Under the pieces are notes generated by a model, which worked only from the letters and a program-made list of their open reading frames with translations, did no database searches and was not told the origin of the DNA. A DNA stretch of 64,000 nucleotides, taken from contig NZ_CP186926.1 of assembly GCF_049554935.1 (NCBI RefSeq), positions 576,001-640,000 on the forward strand, read 5' to 3'. Every line of letters starts with the position of its first letter. The stretch's first letter is position 1. Source of the DNA: Methanocaldococcus indicus. GTDB taxonomy: Archaea; AGJL01; Methanococci; Methanococcales; Methanocaldococcaceae. Made by a program: the position numbers and the translations under genes. This document shows, one piece after another, positions 53,132-63,571 of the stretch.

Positions 53132-53955
53132 AAGAGATAATATTAACATTTAAAGATATTGCCCTAAAAACATCAGTAGATATGTCAGTAGTTTTACCAG
53201 AAAAATTGGCTGAGATGAAAGAAGATGAAATAAAAAATATAAATTTACAATATGGAAGAAAAAAGATAAAATTATGTGATATTTTTGATATATCAATTAA
53301 TGATATTGATGGAGAACCAAAAATAATTATTGAAAACTCAAATGACTATTTATATCATATAGGAGAAGAAATGACAAAAGGAGAGATTATAGTTAATGGA
53401 AATGCAGGAATGTATGTTGGAGCAAGAATGAAAGGAGGTAGAATAGTAGTTAATGGAAATGTTGATAATTGGGTAGGACAAGATATGTTTGGAGGAGAGA
53501 TAGTTGTTAAAGGTGATGCCAGAGATTATGTTGGTTCATCTTATAGAGGAGATTGGAGAGGAATGGAAGGAGGAACAATAATTATTGAAGGAAATGCAAG
53601 ACATGAAGTAGGAGAATTTATGTTAAATGGACTTATTCATATAAAAGGAAACTCTGGAATATTTACTGGAATTCATTTGAATGGAGGAAAGATTATAGTT
53701 GATGGAGATGTTGATGTTAGAACAGGAGGAGAAATGAGAAAAGGAGCAATAGTTGTAAAAGGTAAAATAAGAGAAGTATTACCAAGCTTTAAATTTGTTG
53801 AGATAGTTGAGAATCCTATAATAAAAGTAGGTAAAAAAGACCCTGGACTAAAAGTAGAGGGGACATACTATAAGTTTATAGGAGATTATGCTGAAAGTGC
53901 TAAACCAAAAGGAGAATTATATATAAGTGTAGATAAAAATCCTGACTTAATCTAA
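53128..53955 (+). CDS. fwdC: Formylmethanofuran dehydrogenase subunit C
   Basis: G..M.GG.I.V.G beta-helix repeats, YRGDWRGM. Confidence 0.95.
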   Translation: MKEIILTFKDIALKTSVDMSVVLPEKLAEMKEDEIKNINLQYGRKKIKLCDIFDISINDIDGEPKIIIENSNDYLYHIGEEMTKGEIIVNGNAGMYVGARMKGGRIVVNGNVDNWVGQDMFGGEIVVKGDARDYVGSSYRGDWRGMEGGTIIIEGNARHEVGEFMLNGLIHIKGNSGIFTGIHLNGGKIIVDGDVDVRTGGEMRKGAIVVKGKIREVLPSFKFVEIVENPIIKVGKKDPGLKVEGTYYKFIGDYAESAKPKGELYISVDKNPDLI

Positions 53956-55797
53956 ATTCTTCCAAATTATTTTTCCTGTATCTTTATGTTTCTTAAATGG
54001 AAGTTCTATCTTTTTTAATGTTTCAATAAATCTTTGCACATCTCTATTTTCAAAACTATCTTTATTTATCAGAAAGTCATAGTATTCATCTGCCAACTTT
54101 ATAAATTTTAAGTTATACTGTTCAGCTACATTCTTAATTCCTAAACCAATATCTGCCTTTTTCATAGCAATAGCTCTTGCAACTGCTGAATGTGTCTTAC
54201 TTTCTATATTGTATCCATTAATTCTATTTTTGTCAATATTATGCTCTTTCAAAAACTTATCAAACAAAATCCTTGTCCCAGAACCTTTATTTCTATTTAT
54301 AAATTTTAAATTATAAATATTTTTTAAGATATCTTCTATACTCTCTATATTTAAATCCTCTCTAAACATGAATCCTTGTTCTCTAATATATCCTCCAACT
54401 AAATAACCTCTAACTTTGTATCTCTCTAAAAATGGGATATTATATAAATTAGTTTTTTCATCCAATAAATGTATTCCTGCAATATCCGCTTCTCCCCTTT
54501 TTATAGAGAATATTCCACCTAATGAACCAGCATTTATAGTTTTTGCATAAATCTTAGCTTCTCTTAAAATTAAATCTATTCCTATGCAGTGGCTACCTAT
54601 AATATTTAATCCTTCTTTAACATTTCCAAATAAATGAACTTCAACATCTTCATTTTCCAAAATCTCTCTATTCTCATCTATTACTATATATCCATCTGCC
54701 TCAGATAGAGATGTTATAGCTCCACTACCCTTAGTTATTGGATATGCTTTATCTTTTGCTAAAATAACAGGTAAGAATTCTTTCCTTCCTTTGGCAGATA
54801 TGTATCTTAATGGAAAATGAGCTTTTACAACATTTTTCTCATCTCCAAATAGAATATCAAAGATGGTTAAGCATGATGTTGGATATCCAGGCAAACCAAC
54901 AACTAATTTATTATTTACAGTTCCTATTATTGTTGGCTTACCAGGTTTTACTTTCAATCCATGTATTAAGATTTTTCCTCCAAGCTCTTTTATAGCCCTT
55001 TCTGTTAAATCTCCTTCTCCTGCAGAAGTTCCCCCAGAGATAAGAACTATATCACAACTTTCAAGGGCTTTTTTTATTCTCTCTTTTATATCTTCAATGT
55101 TGTCCTTAGCTATGCCAAAAAACTCATATTTGTATCCTAAATAATTAATATAGCTCATTAAAGTGTAACTATTTACATCATAAATTTTTCCTTCTTTCAA
55201 CTTTTCTGTTGGTGGAATTAACTCATTACCAGAGGAAATAATTCCAAATTTCAAAGTTTTAAAGACCTTTACCTTTCTTTTTCCTATTGCAGCTAAAACA
55301 CCTATATCTCTTGGTGTTAATCTTGTATATTTTCTTAAAACTAATTCTCCAGCCATTATATCTGAGCCAGTGAATTGAATATTCTCCATTGGAGCAACTG
55401 CTTTATAAATTTTAACTATATTGTTATCTCTTTCAGTATATTCAACCATTACAACAGCATTAGCACCTTTTGGAACCATAGCTCCTGTAGATATTTCGAC
55501 ACATTCTCCCCTTTTAATTGAAATATCTTTAACATCTCCTGCTTTTATACAATCAACTACTTTTAAAGTTATTGGATTATCTTCATCTGCCTCATAAGTG
55601 TCTTCTGCTCTCACAGCATAACCATCCATAACAGCCCTATCAAAAGGAGGAATATCAACATCTGAAAAAATATCCTCAGCTAAAATCTTATTAACTGATT
55701 TTTCTATCTCTATTTCCTCAACATCTTTAAAAATATATCTATTGACTATTTCTTTTGCTTTCTCTATACTTTCCAATTTTAAAAATCTTTTTTTCAT
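53947..55797 (-). CDS. moeA: Molybdopterin/tungstopterin insertase MoeA fused to a C-terminal PBP (LysR-substrate-like) domain
   Basis: [51 protein letters not shown]. Confidence 0.9.
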   Translation of the reverse strand: MKKRFLKLESIEKAKEIVNRYIFKDVEEIEIEKSVNKILAEDIFSDVDIPPFDRAVMDGYAVRAEDTYEADEDNPITLKVVDCIKAGDVKDISIKRGECVEISTGAMVPKGANAVVMVEYTERDNNIVKIYKAVAPMENIQFTGSDIMAGELVLRKYTRLTPRDIGVLAAIGKRKVKVFKTLKFGIISSGNELIPPTEKLKEGKIYDVNSYTLMSYINYLGYKYEFFGIAKDNIEDIKERIKKALESCDIVLISGGTSAGEGDLTERAIKELGGKILIHGLKVKPGKPTIIGTVNNKLVVGLPGYPTSCLTIFDILFGDEKNVVKAHFPLRYISAKGRKEFLPVILAKDKAYPITKGSGAITSLSEADGYIVIDENREILENEDVEVHLFGNVKEGLNIIGSHCIGIDLILREAKIYAKTINAGSLGGIFSIKRGEADIAGIHLLDEKTNLYNIPFLERYKVRGYLVGGYIREQGFMFREDLNIESIEDILKNIYNLKFINRNKGSGTRILFDKFLKEHNIDKNRINGYNIESKTHSAVARAIAMKKADIGLGIKNVAEQYNLKFIKLADEYYDFLINKDSFENRDVQRFIETLKKIELPFKKHKDTGKIIWKNLD

Positions 55798-56444
55798 TTT
55801 CTCACTACTTTAAATCTTCCAGCAGAAGAATAGAGAGGATAAACTTCAATAATATTCTCTAAAAATCTTTTTGTATATGTATTTTCTCCATGAATAAATA
55901 TCTCTCCCAAATCTTCAACAGTATTTATATCAACTGAGATATAAAAAGAATCATATACATAATACTTTAAATTTCTTTTTTTTGCTTCTTCTAAATGCTT
56001 TAAAAAGCTAAAACCTTCATATCTCAATTTTATAGTGTCTTTGTCCTTTAAATATAGTAGGTTAGTTCCTCCACCTCTTGAAGGTGAAATAATTAAATCA
56101 TAGTTTTTAGAGAGTTTTATAACATCTTCTATATTCTTTTTTTTGATTAAAGGAATATCAGCAGGAATAACTAAAATATTGTTTTTAACTACTTCAAAAG
56201 CTTGATAAAGTGCATTATTTAATCCAGAAGATTTCTCTTTAATAATATCTACTTTTAATTCTTCCTTAGCAAAATTTAAAATTTTTTCATCTTTACTAAC
56301 AATATACACATTCAAATTATCTAAAACTTTTGTTATATCTCTTAGCATATTAAAAATTAGCTCTTTTCTTTCTACCTCTGTTAGAAAATTTGATAATCTT
56401 GTTTTTAAGTTGTTTAAAGGTGAGACAGGAATTATGACATTCAT
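55794..56444 (-). CDS. cofC: 2-phospho-L-lactate/PEP guanylyltransferase
   Basis: IPV....KTRLS, GLN.AL, PADIP, GGGTN, SF..H, DINT.EDL. Confidence 0.92.
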   Translation of the reverse strand: MNVIIPVSPLNNLKTRLSNFLTEVERKELIFNMLRDITKVLDNLNVYIVSKDEKILNFAKEELKVDIIKEKSSGLNNALYQAFEVVKNNILVIPADIPLIKKKNIEDVIKLSKNYDLIISPSRGGGTNLLYLKDKDTIKLRYEGFSFLKHLEEAKKRNLKYYVYDSFYISVDINTVEDLGEIFIHGENTYTKRFLENIIEVYPLYSSAGRFKVVRK

Positions 56445-57478
56445 CTTTTCCCTTCTAATAATAGTTTGAAGTATTCTATTGATTCATTAGTTCCCAAGAC
56501 ATATAAAATATCTCCTTCTTTTATTATAAATTCTGGACTGGGATTTATAAAGAATTCATCTCCTCTTTTAATTCCAACTATTGTAGCTCCAGTTCTTCTT
56601 CTAATATTTGCCTCTTTAATTGATTTATTTACTAATGGTGAATTTTTATTTACAACAAACTTCTCTAAATGAATATCTTCATTATACTCTTCCTTAGCTA
56701 CTTTTAAAAATGTCCTCAGAAAATCTAAAATTCCTGGCCTTGTTGAAACAACAGCCATTCTTAGGCCTCCTAATAAATAAGGAGATACAATTTTATTAGC
56801 ACCTGCAACTTTTAATTTTTTTATAGATTCTCTTTCATTGGCCTTAGCAACAACTTCAATTTTTGGATTTAGTTCTTTAGCTGTCAATGTTAAAAATACA
56901 TTATCAGCATCTGTTGGTAAAACAGCTAATAGGCATTTAGCTTTATCTATCTTTGCTTTTTTAAGAATATCTTCTTTTGTAGCATCACCAACAATATATA
57001 CAAATTTGTCAGGCTGTTTTTCAAACTCTTCTTTTAAAATTTCTTCATTTTTATCTATTGCTATAAAAGAAATATTTTCTTTTAAAAATTTATCCCCTAT
57101 AACTTTTCCCATCTTACCATATCCACAAATAATATAATGATTTTCCATTTTTTTTAATTTGCTGGCCATACTTTTCATTTTAATCAGCTCTCTAAATTTT
57201 CCCTCCACTATAAATTCTGTAATAATTGAAAAAAGATACATTACAATTCCTACTCCTAAAATCAAATAAATAATAGTTAATATCTTTCCTAATTGTGTTT
57301 TTGGAGTAAAATCACCATAACCAGTTGTAGTTATTGTTATTACACTAAAATAGAGTGCATCAAAAAAGTCAATATGTTCTATAATACTTATTAAGTAGGC
57401 ATAAGTTAGTATAAGTAATATAGAGAAAAATAAAACACCAATCAATTTTTTTATAGTTTCTTTATAATAGACATCCAA
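56441..57478 (-). CDS. Potassium channel protein with TrkA-N/TrkA-C (RCK) domains
   Basis: TITTTGYGD selectivity filter, IICGYG..G, GDAT, DADN. Confidence 0.92.
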   Translation of the reverse strand: MDVYYKETIKKLIGVLFFSILLILTYAYLISIIEHIDFFDALYFSVITITTTGYGDFTPKTQLGKILTIIYLILGVGIVMYLFSIITEFIVEGKFRELIKMKSMASKLKKMENHYIICGYGKMGKVIGDKFLKENISFIAIDKNEEILKEEFEKQPDKFVYIVGDATKEDILKKAKIDKAKCLLAVLPTDADNVFLTLTAKELNPKIEVVAKANERESIKKLKVAGANKIVSPYLLGGLRMAVVSTRPGILDFLRTFLKVAKEEYNEDIHLEKFVVNKNSPLVNKSIKEANIRRRTGATIVGIKRGDEFFINPSPEFIIKEGDILYVLGTNESIEYFKLLLEGKR

Positions 57479-57574
57479 ATAACCACCAAAAATAAAGATA
57501 GTTTTTAAATATAGCATCTAATTATAAATGTTAAATGATTATACAATATATAAAATTATCTTAGGTGAGAGTAG

Positions 57575-58792
57575 ATGAGAAATATATTCATAAAAAAGTT
57601 AAATTGTAAGCCAATTGAAGAAAATGAGATAGAAATAGTAGAAAGAAAAGGTTTAGGGCATCCTGACTCTATAGCTGATGGTATAGCTGAGAGTGTTAGT
57701 AGAGAGTTATGTAAAATGTATAAAGAGAAATTTGGAACTATTTTGCACCACAATACTGACCAAGTTGAAGTTGTTGGAGGACATGCATATCCAAAATTTG
57801 GCGGAGGAGAGATGGTTACTCCAATATATATCCTATTATCTGGAAGAGCTACAATGCAAATTGTAGATGAAAATGGAAATATAACAAAGCTACCAGTTGG
57901 AACAGTTGCTGTTAAAGCTGCTAAGGAATATTTAAAAAAAGTTATTAGAAATTTAGATGTAGATAAGGATGTAATTGTTGATTGTAGAATTGGGCAGGGT
58001 AGTGTTGATTTAGTAGATGTCTTTGAGAGACAAAAAGATAAAATTCCATTAGCAAATGATACCTCTTTTGGTGTAGGTTATGCTCCTTTATCAACAACTG
58101 AAAAATTAGTTTTAGAGACAGAAAAATTATTAAATAGTGAAGAAACAAAAAAAGAAATTCCTGCCTTGGGAGAAGATATAAAAGTTATGGGTTTGAGAGA
58201 AGGAAAAAAAATAACTCTCACAATTGCTGCTGCAATTGTTGATAAGTATGTTAATAATATAGAGGAGTATAAAGAAGTTATAAACAAAATTAAGAAGAAA
58301 GTAGAAGAACTATCAAAAAAGATAGCTAATGGTTATGAAGTAGAGATTTGTGTAAATACTGCTGATGACTATGAAAGAGAATCAGTTTATATAACTGTTA
58401 CAGGAACATCTGCTGAGATGGGTGATGATGGTTCAGTAGGTAGAGGTAATAGAGTAAATGGTTTAATAACCCCATTTAGACCTATGAGTATGGAAGCAGC
58501 AAGTGGTAAAAATCCTGTTAATCATGTAGGAAAGATATACAATGTCTTAGCTAATTTAATAGCAAATGATATAGCTAAGTTAGAGGGAGTTAAAGAGTGT
58601 TATGTAAGAATTCTAAGCCAAATAGGAAAGCCAATCAATGAACCAAAAGCTTTAGATATTGAGTTAATTGTTGACGATAATGTTAATTTTAAAGATATAG
58701 AAGAGAAAGCTAAAGAAATTGCAAATAGATGGTTAGATAATATATTAGAAGTTAGAGATATGATAGTTGAAGGAAAAATAAACACCTTTTAA
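57575..58792 (+). CDS. mat: S-adenosylmethionine synthetase (archaeal type)
   Basis: [56 protein letters not shown]. Confidence 0.96.
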   Translation: MRNIFIKKLNCKPIEENEIEIVERKGLGHPDSIADGIAESVSRELCKMYKEKFGTILHHNTDQVEVVGGHAYPKFGGGEMVTPIYILLSGRATMQIVDENGNITKLPVGTVAVKAAKEYLKKVIRNLDVDKDVIVDCRIGQGSVDLVDVFERQKDKIPLANDTSFGVGYAPLSTTEKLVLETEKLLNSEETKKEIPALGEDIKVMGLREGKKITLTIAAAIVDKYVNNIEEYKEVINKIKKKVEELSKKIANGYEVEICVNTADDYERESVYITVTGTSAEMGDDGSVGRGNRVNGLITPFRPMSMEAASGKNPVNHVGKIYNVLANLIANDIAKLEGVKECYVRILSQIGKPINEPKALDIELIVDDNVNFKDIEEKAKEIANRWLDNILEVRDMIVEGKINTF

Positions 58793-58911
58793 AACCTTTA
58801 TTTTTTAAACAACAATATTTATGTATTTGGATTAATAAAATAGAAAAGTATTTATAGAACTTCTAAGTAATACATATATTAGGAATAAAAAGGATAAAAA
58901 GGTGATAAAAA

Positions 58912-59346
58912 ATGGTAGAAGGAAGAAATATAGATGTCAATGAAATAGTGAGAGCTTATGTATCACAAATAGAAGGAATTAGAGCAGAAATTGCAAAATT
59001 AGATGCTGCTGTATCTGCATTAAGACAATCATTAGCAACATTAAGAAGCTTAAAAAGCTTAGGAGAAGGAAAAGTAGTTTTAGTCCCAGTAGGTAGTATA
59101 GCACAAGTAGAAATGAAAATAGAAAAGTTAGATAAAATAGTAGTATCCATTGGACAAAATATTTCAGCAGAATTAGAGTATGAAGAAGCTTTAAAATACA
59201 TTGAAGAAGAAATAAATAAATTATTAGCAGCAAGATTAATTTTAGAACAAACAATAGCTGAGTTATACACAAAAATTGAAGAAGAAATAAACAAACTACA
59301 AGAAGAAGAAACAAAAGAAGAGGAAGAAAATGCTAAAGAAGAGTAA
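58912..59346 (+). CDS. Gamma-prefoldin (filament-forming alpha-class prefoldin paralog)
   Basis: Coiled-coil arms around two beta-hairpins (VLVPVGSIAQVEM; IVVSIGQNISAE.EYEEAL); acidic tail; resembles M. jannaschii gamma-PFD from recall. Confidence 0.85.
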   Translation: MVEGRNIDVNEIVRAYVSQIEGIRAEIAKLDAAVSALRQSLATLRSLKSLGEGKVVLVPVGSIAQVEMKIEKLDKIVVSIGQNISAELEYEEALKYIEEEINKLLAARLILEQTIAELYTKIEEEINKLQEEETKEEEENAKEE

Positions 59347-59485
59347 GGAAGAGATTATTAACTTTATTAAATCTCTTCCTGAAAATAGAAAAATTTTTAT
59401 TAATCTTTTTGGACTTTGGATAGAAGTGAGTAAAGAGGAGGCTATAAAGTTTATAGAAGAAAGTTATAAAGAAAATAATAAATAA
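59330..59485 (+). CDS. Unannotated 51-aa protein resembling a prefoldin beta-hairpin core
   Basis: Manual translation MLKKSKEEIINFIKSLPENRKIFINLFGLWIEVSKEEAIKFIEESYKENNK*; GAGGA just upstream; overlaps the gamma-prefoldin stop by 17 nt. Confidence 0.7.
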   Translation: MLKKSKEEIINFIKSLPENRKIFINLFGLWIEVSKEEAIKFIEESYKENNK

Positions 59486-59503
59486 ATTTAAATTCTTTTA
59501 TAG

Positions 59504-59515
59504 AAAATTTTATAT
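59504..59515 (+). promoter_or_regulatory. BRE/TATA promoter of tRNA-Leu
   Basis: AAAA followed by TTTATATA, about 40 nt upstream of the tRNA; same layout as the tRNA-Ala promoter. Confidence 0.55.
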
Positions 59516-59555
59516 AATTAACCTGTTTATTAATATTTTTGCTCTTTTATATTGA

Positions 59556-59643
59556 GCGGGGGTCGCCAAGCCTGGCCAAAGGCGCTGGATTGAGGGTCCA
59601 GTCCCGCAGGGGTTCGCGGGTTCAAATCCCGTCCCCCGCACCA
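59556..59643 (+). tRNA. tRNA-Leu(GAG)
   Basis: Acceptor stem GCGGGGG/CCCCCGC; anticodon arm CTGGA-TTGAGGG-TCCAG; long variable arm; GGTTCAAATCC; encoded CCA followed by a T-tract. Confidence 0.97.
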
Positions 59644-59690
59644 TATTTTTTTGTTAATTTTTTGTGTTATGTGGTGCTATATTATGACAT

Positions 59691-59870
59691 AATATTTATA
59701 TAATAATTATGATAAATTATAATATTTATATAATAATTATGATAAATTATAATATTTATATAATAATTATGATAAATTATAATATTTATATAATAATTAT
59801 GATAAATTATAATATTTATATAATAATTATGATAAATTATAATATTTATATAATAATTATGATAAATTAT
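59691..59870. repeat. Perfect tandem repeat, 6 x 30 bp (AATATTTATATAATAATTATGATAAATTAT)
   Basis: Six identical contiguous units read directly; no spacers. Confidence 0.97.
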
Positions 59871-59906
59871 ATATAATACCATTTGAAACATTAATAGGTG
59901 TATAAT

Positions 59907-60623
59907 ATGAGAGAGTGTGATAAAATTATCCACAATCTTGAATCATTCAATAATATAAATGAAATTTTAGACTACCTTAGAAAAGAAATAGAAAAAAGTA
60001 ACAATGGACTCCTATTAAAATATATATTAGCTTCTTATTTAGAGAGTTTAGGACAAATTGAAGAAGCAATTAATATATATAAAGAGATTATTAATAAATA
60101 TGAAAAGGCATTAATCGCAAGACTTAGATTAGCTGAGATATATAGACATAGAGGAGAATATAAAGAAGCTATTGAACTTTATAAAGAACTAATAGAAAAA
60201 ACACCTAACTGTATATATTCATATTATGGACTTTCATCTATATGTTATCATACGGGTAATTTAGATAGAGCATTGGAATATATAAATAAATGTTTAGAAA
60301 TCTATCCAAACTTTTTAGCAGCAAGAATATTAAAAGGAAAAATATTGTTATATCTTGGTAAGTTATCTGCTGCAATAGTAGAGTTTCATGAAGCTTTAAA
60401 ACAAAATCCTCATGAATGTGAAGCCTTATATCATTTAGGGCTAATTCATCTAAAACTTAAAGAATATGATGAAGCTCTTGAAAAATTTGAAATGATATTA
60501 AATAGAACTCCATACCATATAGGGGCATTATTTGGAAAAGCTTTAGTTTTAGAGAAAAAAGGATTAGTTGCAGAAGCTTTAGAAATATATAATAAAGCTT
60601 TAAACAGATATATAGAAAAATAA
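59907..60623 (+). CDS. Tetratricopeptide repeat protein
   Basis: About 6 TPR motifs; AGGTG SD before ATG 59907. Confidence 0.88.
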   Translation: MRECDKIIHNLESFNNINEILDYLRKEIEKSNNGLLLKYILASYLESLGQIEEAINIYKEIINKYEKALIARLRLAEIYRHRGEYKEAIELYKELIEKTPNCIYSYYGLSSICYHTGNLDRALEYINKCLEIYPNFLAARILKGKILLYLGKLSAAIVEFHEALKQNPHECEALYHLGLIHLKLKEYDEALEKFEMILNRTPYHIGALFGKALVLEKKGLVAEALEIYNKALNRYIEK

Positions 60624-60630
60624 ATTTTAT

Positions 60631-60921
60631 TTATTTTTCCAAAACAGATTTTATTTTTCTCTCTATTGAATTTTCTTTATCTTTTCTCTCATCAATTCTA
60701 ATCTGGCTAACAACTCTATCAACATCTTCCAAAACTTTTTTATGAGCTTCATAATAAGCTTTTAAAATTTCTTTCATGTCCCCCTCCAATATTGTTCCCA
60801 TAGCAGTTAGTTCAACTTTTAAGTTATATTTTTTAAAGATGTCATAAGCTTTTTTTATATATTTGGACACACTTGCTCCTTCTCCTAAAGGAATTATAAC
60901 AACCTCTGCAACTACTTTCAT
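60631..60921 (-). CDS. MTH1187/YqgV (DUF77) thiamine-binding family protein
   Basis: IPLG...SVS.YI, AMGT.LEG, RV...I.ID.R.DK. Confidence 0.9.
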   Translation of the reverse strand: MKVVAEVVIIPLGEGASVSKYIKKAYDIFKKYNLKVELTAMGTILEGDMKEILKAYYEAHKKVLEDVDRVVSQIRIDERKDKENSIERKIKSVLEK

Positions 60922-60926
60922 ATTTA

Positions 60927-62303
60927 TCACTTTAAAAATTCTGATAACATAACTTCAACAGAAAAACTTGCTCTTGTTATTCCCATACTTCTTGGGTCTG
61001 CATCTGTTCCAACAACATAAAAATTATCTGAAATTTTAGGATATACAAAAAATTGATTTATATGGCATGATGCCTGTTCAGGAATATATCTCTGTATATG
61101 TAAAAAGTCCTGACTTTCAACATCAATATTTAAGTATTTATTTATAGCTTCATAGGCATCTTTTTCTTTCATCCTTACAAAAGATACACCTATTAAAGAT
61201 TTTCCTTTTTTTGTTAGTGTTTTATCATAGTTAGATATACATTTAGCCCATGCTGGTGGATTAATCCAGATTTCAGAACCTTTATATTTAAGGGGATTTT
61301 TATTTTCATCTACAGAGAACCAAACAGTTAAAGAATCTGATTGCTTAATACTTCTAAGTTTATCCTCTATACTTTTTATTTCATCAATTTTAGCAATATC
61401 TGGCAAATTTTTTGATGGAGCTGAATAAATAATTTTATCAACTGTATAGTTATCCTCTGTTGTTGTTATTATATATTTATTACTTTCCTTTTCAATTCTA
61501 ATTACTTCCTCAAAAACAATTTTAGTTTTGTTTAAGCTATTAACTATACAGTTGGTTATACTTTGAATTCCTCCTAATGGATAACCCTGTGTAGAGTACT
61601 TCTCCCCAGATATAAATTTAGATAAATATTTTTTTGAACTATCTTTTATTGTTTTTAAAAATCCATTTTTTAGTATTGTTTTTAATTTATCAGGATGTAT
61701 CTTTTTTATCAATGAAGATTTTAAGGGATTAATTTTAAAATTTTCTTTATATATAAATGGAAGTATATCATCCTCAGGAATATATCCAGCTCCTGTAAAT
61801 AATCTCCAAAGTGGTGTATTCTTCATATTTTCTCCTGAAAGAAATAAACATATAGTATTAAAAAACTTTATAGTAGTATCTGAAAGATTTAAATCTTTGA
61901 TAACATCATATACAGAGATATTTTTCTCAAAACCAGTAGTTAGTAAATCAATCATTTTAGATATTATTAAAGCTTTATCTTTTTTAGGAATTACTGGAAA
62001 TGTTATCCAATCATCCAAAGATACAGGAATCTCATATAAACCATTTTCTCTTATATAGTAAGAGCCATAAGGTTGGAAATTTGGCATATAGTAAGAATAT
62101 TTTTTTAATAACCTTATAAGAGGCCCATTGTTTAGCATAGTTATAGCATGAACTCCAGTATCTACTTGGTAACCATCTACTCTATAACTCCTACATAATC
62201 CTCCTAATTTATCTTTTTCAAATAATATAACATCATATCCCTCCCTTTCCAAAGCCAAAGCAGACAATAACCCAGAAATCCCCCCACCAATAACTCCAAT
62301 CAT
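60927..62303 (-). CDS. FAD-dependent oxidoreductase (phytoene desaturase/amine oxidase-like)
   Basis: IGGGISGL.SA, EK..LGG.CRS, DTG.H, YP.GG.Q. Confidence 0.85.
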   Translation of the reverse strand: MIGVIGGGISGLLSALALEREGYDVILFEKDKLGGLCRSYRVDGYQVDTGVHAITMLNNGPLIRLLKKYSYYMPNFQPYGSYYIRENGLYEIPVSLDDWITFPVIPKKDKALIISKMIDLLTTGFEKNISVYDVIKDLNLSDTTIKFFNTICLFLSGENMKNTPLWRLFTGAGYIPEDDILPFIYKENFKINPLKSSLIKKIHPDKLKTILKNGFLKTIKDSSKKYLSKFISGEKYSTQGYPLGGIQSITNCIVNSLNKTKIVFEEVIRIEKESNKYIITTTEDNYTVDKIIYSAPSKNLPDIAKIDEIKSIEDKLRSIKQSDSLTVWFSVDENKNPLKYKGSEIWINPPAWAKCISNYDKTLTKKGKSLIGVSFVRMKEKDAYEAINKYLNIDVESQDFLHIQRYIPEQASCHINQFFVYPKISDNFYVVGTDADPRSMGITRASFSVEVMLSEFLK

Positions 62304-63088
62304 TTTTCCAGCTCTTCAATAATTTTTAAAGATTCTAAGTCATTGTATTTCTTAGCTAAGCTTTTTAGTTCTTTCAATATTTTTAATTTTTTATATGTCA
62401 ATGAATATAATTCTCTACAATAAATTACAATCTCTCTATAAAATTTCTCTAAAATTTCTTTATTGTATTTAGAGAGTTCATAAGCCAACAAACCTTTAAT
62501 TACTTCATCACTTGAAAATAAAAAAACTGGATGTATCCATAAAATAATTTTGTCCTCATCTTCTTCTATATAGTTCTCAACATTATTTTCATTCATAAAT
62601 ACATCCATATAGATATATAAGTCATGAGTTAAATACTCTCTAATATGTTGAGAGAGATTATTTGCTCTTGTATCAAATTCAACAATCTTGTCATCTAATT
62701 CATCCTCATCCAACTCAAACCATTTTAAAATTCTCTCTCTAAATTCCAAACTTTTATTTTGTTCTTGATGATAAATTTTATACTTTTTATTTATAAATTT
62801 ATATTCATTACTATCTTTTGAAGACAATGTAATAATTATTAGACCATCTTCATATTTTTTTAAATTAACACTTTTAATCCAGTACTCCCTTTCTTTAACT
62901 TCAAAATCTTCTAAATTCTCATAATCATCTAAATCTCTTATATAAAATCTTTTCCCATTTTTTCCTTTTAAGTAAAATCCTTTAAATTCTATATCTGCTA
63001 AATCTCCTCTAATTATATCTTTTGAAAATTCATCTAAATTTTTATATAAATCAATTAAAACCTTCTTAGCTAATTCTTTTGATTTCAT
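62300..63088 (-). CDS. Hypothetical protein
   Basis: 262-aa ORF in a coupled operon; typical codon usage. Confidence 0.75.
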   Translation of the reverse strand: MKSKELAKKVLIDLYKNLDEFSKDIIRGDLADIEFKGFYLKGKNGKRFYIRDLDDYENLEDFEVKEREYWIKSVNLKKYEDGLIIITLSSKDSNEYKFINKKYKIYHQEQNKSLEFRERILKWFELDEDELDDKIVEFDTRANNLSQHIREYLTHDLYIYMDVFMNENNVENYIEEDEDKIILWIHPVFLFSSDEVIKGLLAYELSKYNKEILEKFYREIVIYCRELYSLTYKKLKILKELKSLAKKYNDLESLKIIEELEK

Positions 63089-63571
63089 TTAACCACCTTC
63101 TCTTAAATACCAACCCTTATCTTTTATATTTTTTATCAATGTTCCATTATACTCTCCAATTCCTAAAAACTCTTTATTTTTGTTAAAAACAGCAATTCTT
63201 CCAAAACCTCTAACTTCAATTATAGAACTCTTAAATATATCCCTTCCATATAAAAATAGTTGTTCTCCTTTATCATTTATTATTGCATAGTTTTTAATTA
63301 TATATTTGGATATTAAAGTAAATCCTTCCAAACTTAACTTAAACTTTTTTCTTTTTATTTCTCCAAAAACATTCCCAACTGAGTATATATCATCAAATAA
63401 TTTAAGTTTTTCTTTTGTCTCTTTATTTGTATATAAAACAGTTATCCACTTGTTCTCTTGTGCAACTAAATTTCCATATTCAAAATTTTTGACATATTTT
63501 TTATTTGTATATCTCAATAACTCCTCTTTTATTTTATTTTTTTCAAAATCTTTTAACTCTCTCACTTTCAT
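63089..63571 (-). CDS. NIP7/UPF0113-like PUA-domain RNA-binding protein
   Basis: [26 protein letters not shown]. Confidence 0.85.
   Translation of the reverse strand: MKVRELKDFEKNKIKEELLRYTNKKYVKNFEYGNLVAQENKWITVLYTNKETKEKLKLFDDIYSVGNVFGEIKRKKFKLSLEGFTLISKYIIKNYAIINDKGEQLFLYGRDIFKSSIIEVRGFGRIAVFNKNKEFLGIGEYNGTLIKNIKDKGWYLREGG

Noticed and set aside
59682-59933. 83-aa minus-strand ORF with YHNYYINIII repeats, and the array as a possible CRISPR
   Set aside because: The ORF is a by-product of a 30-bp repeat with no stop in that frame. The array has no spacers and does not resemble Methanococcales CRISPR repeats.
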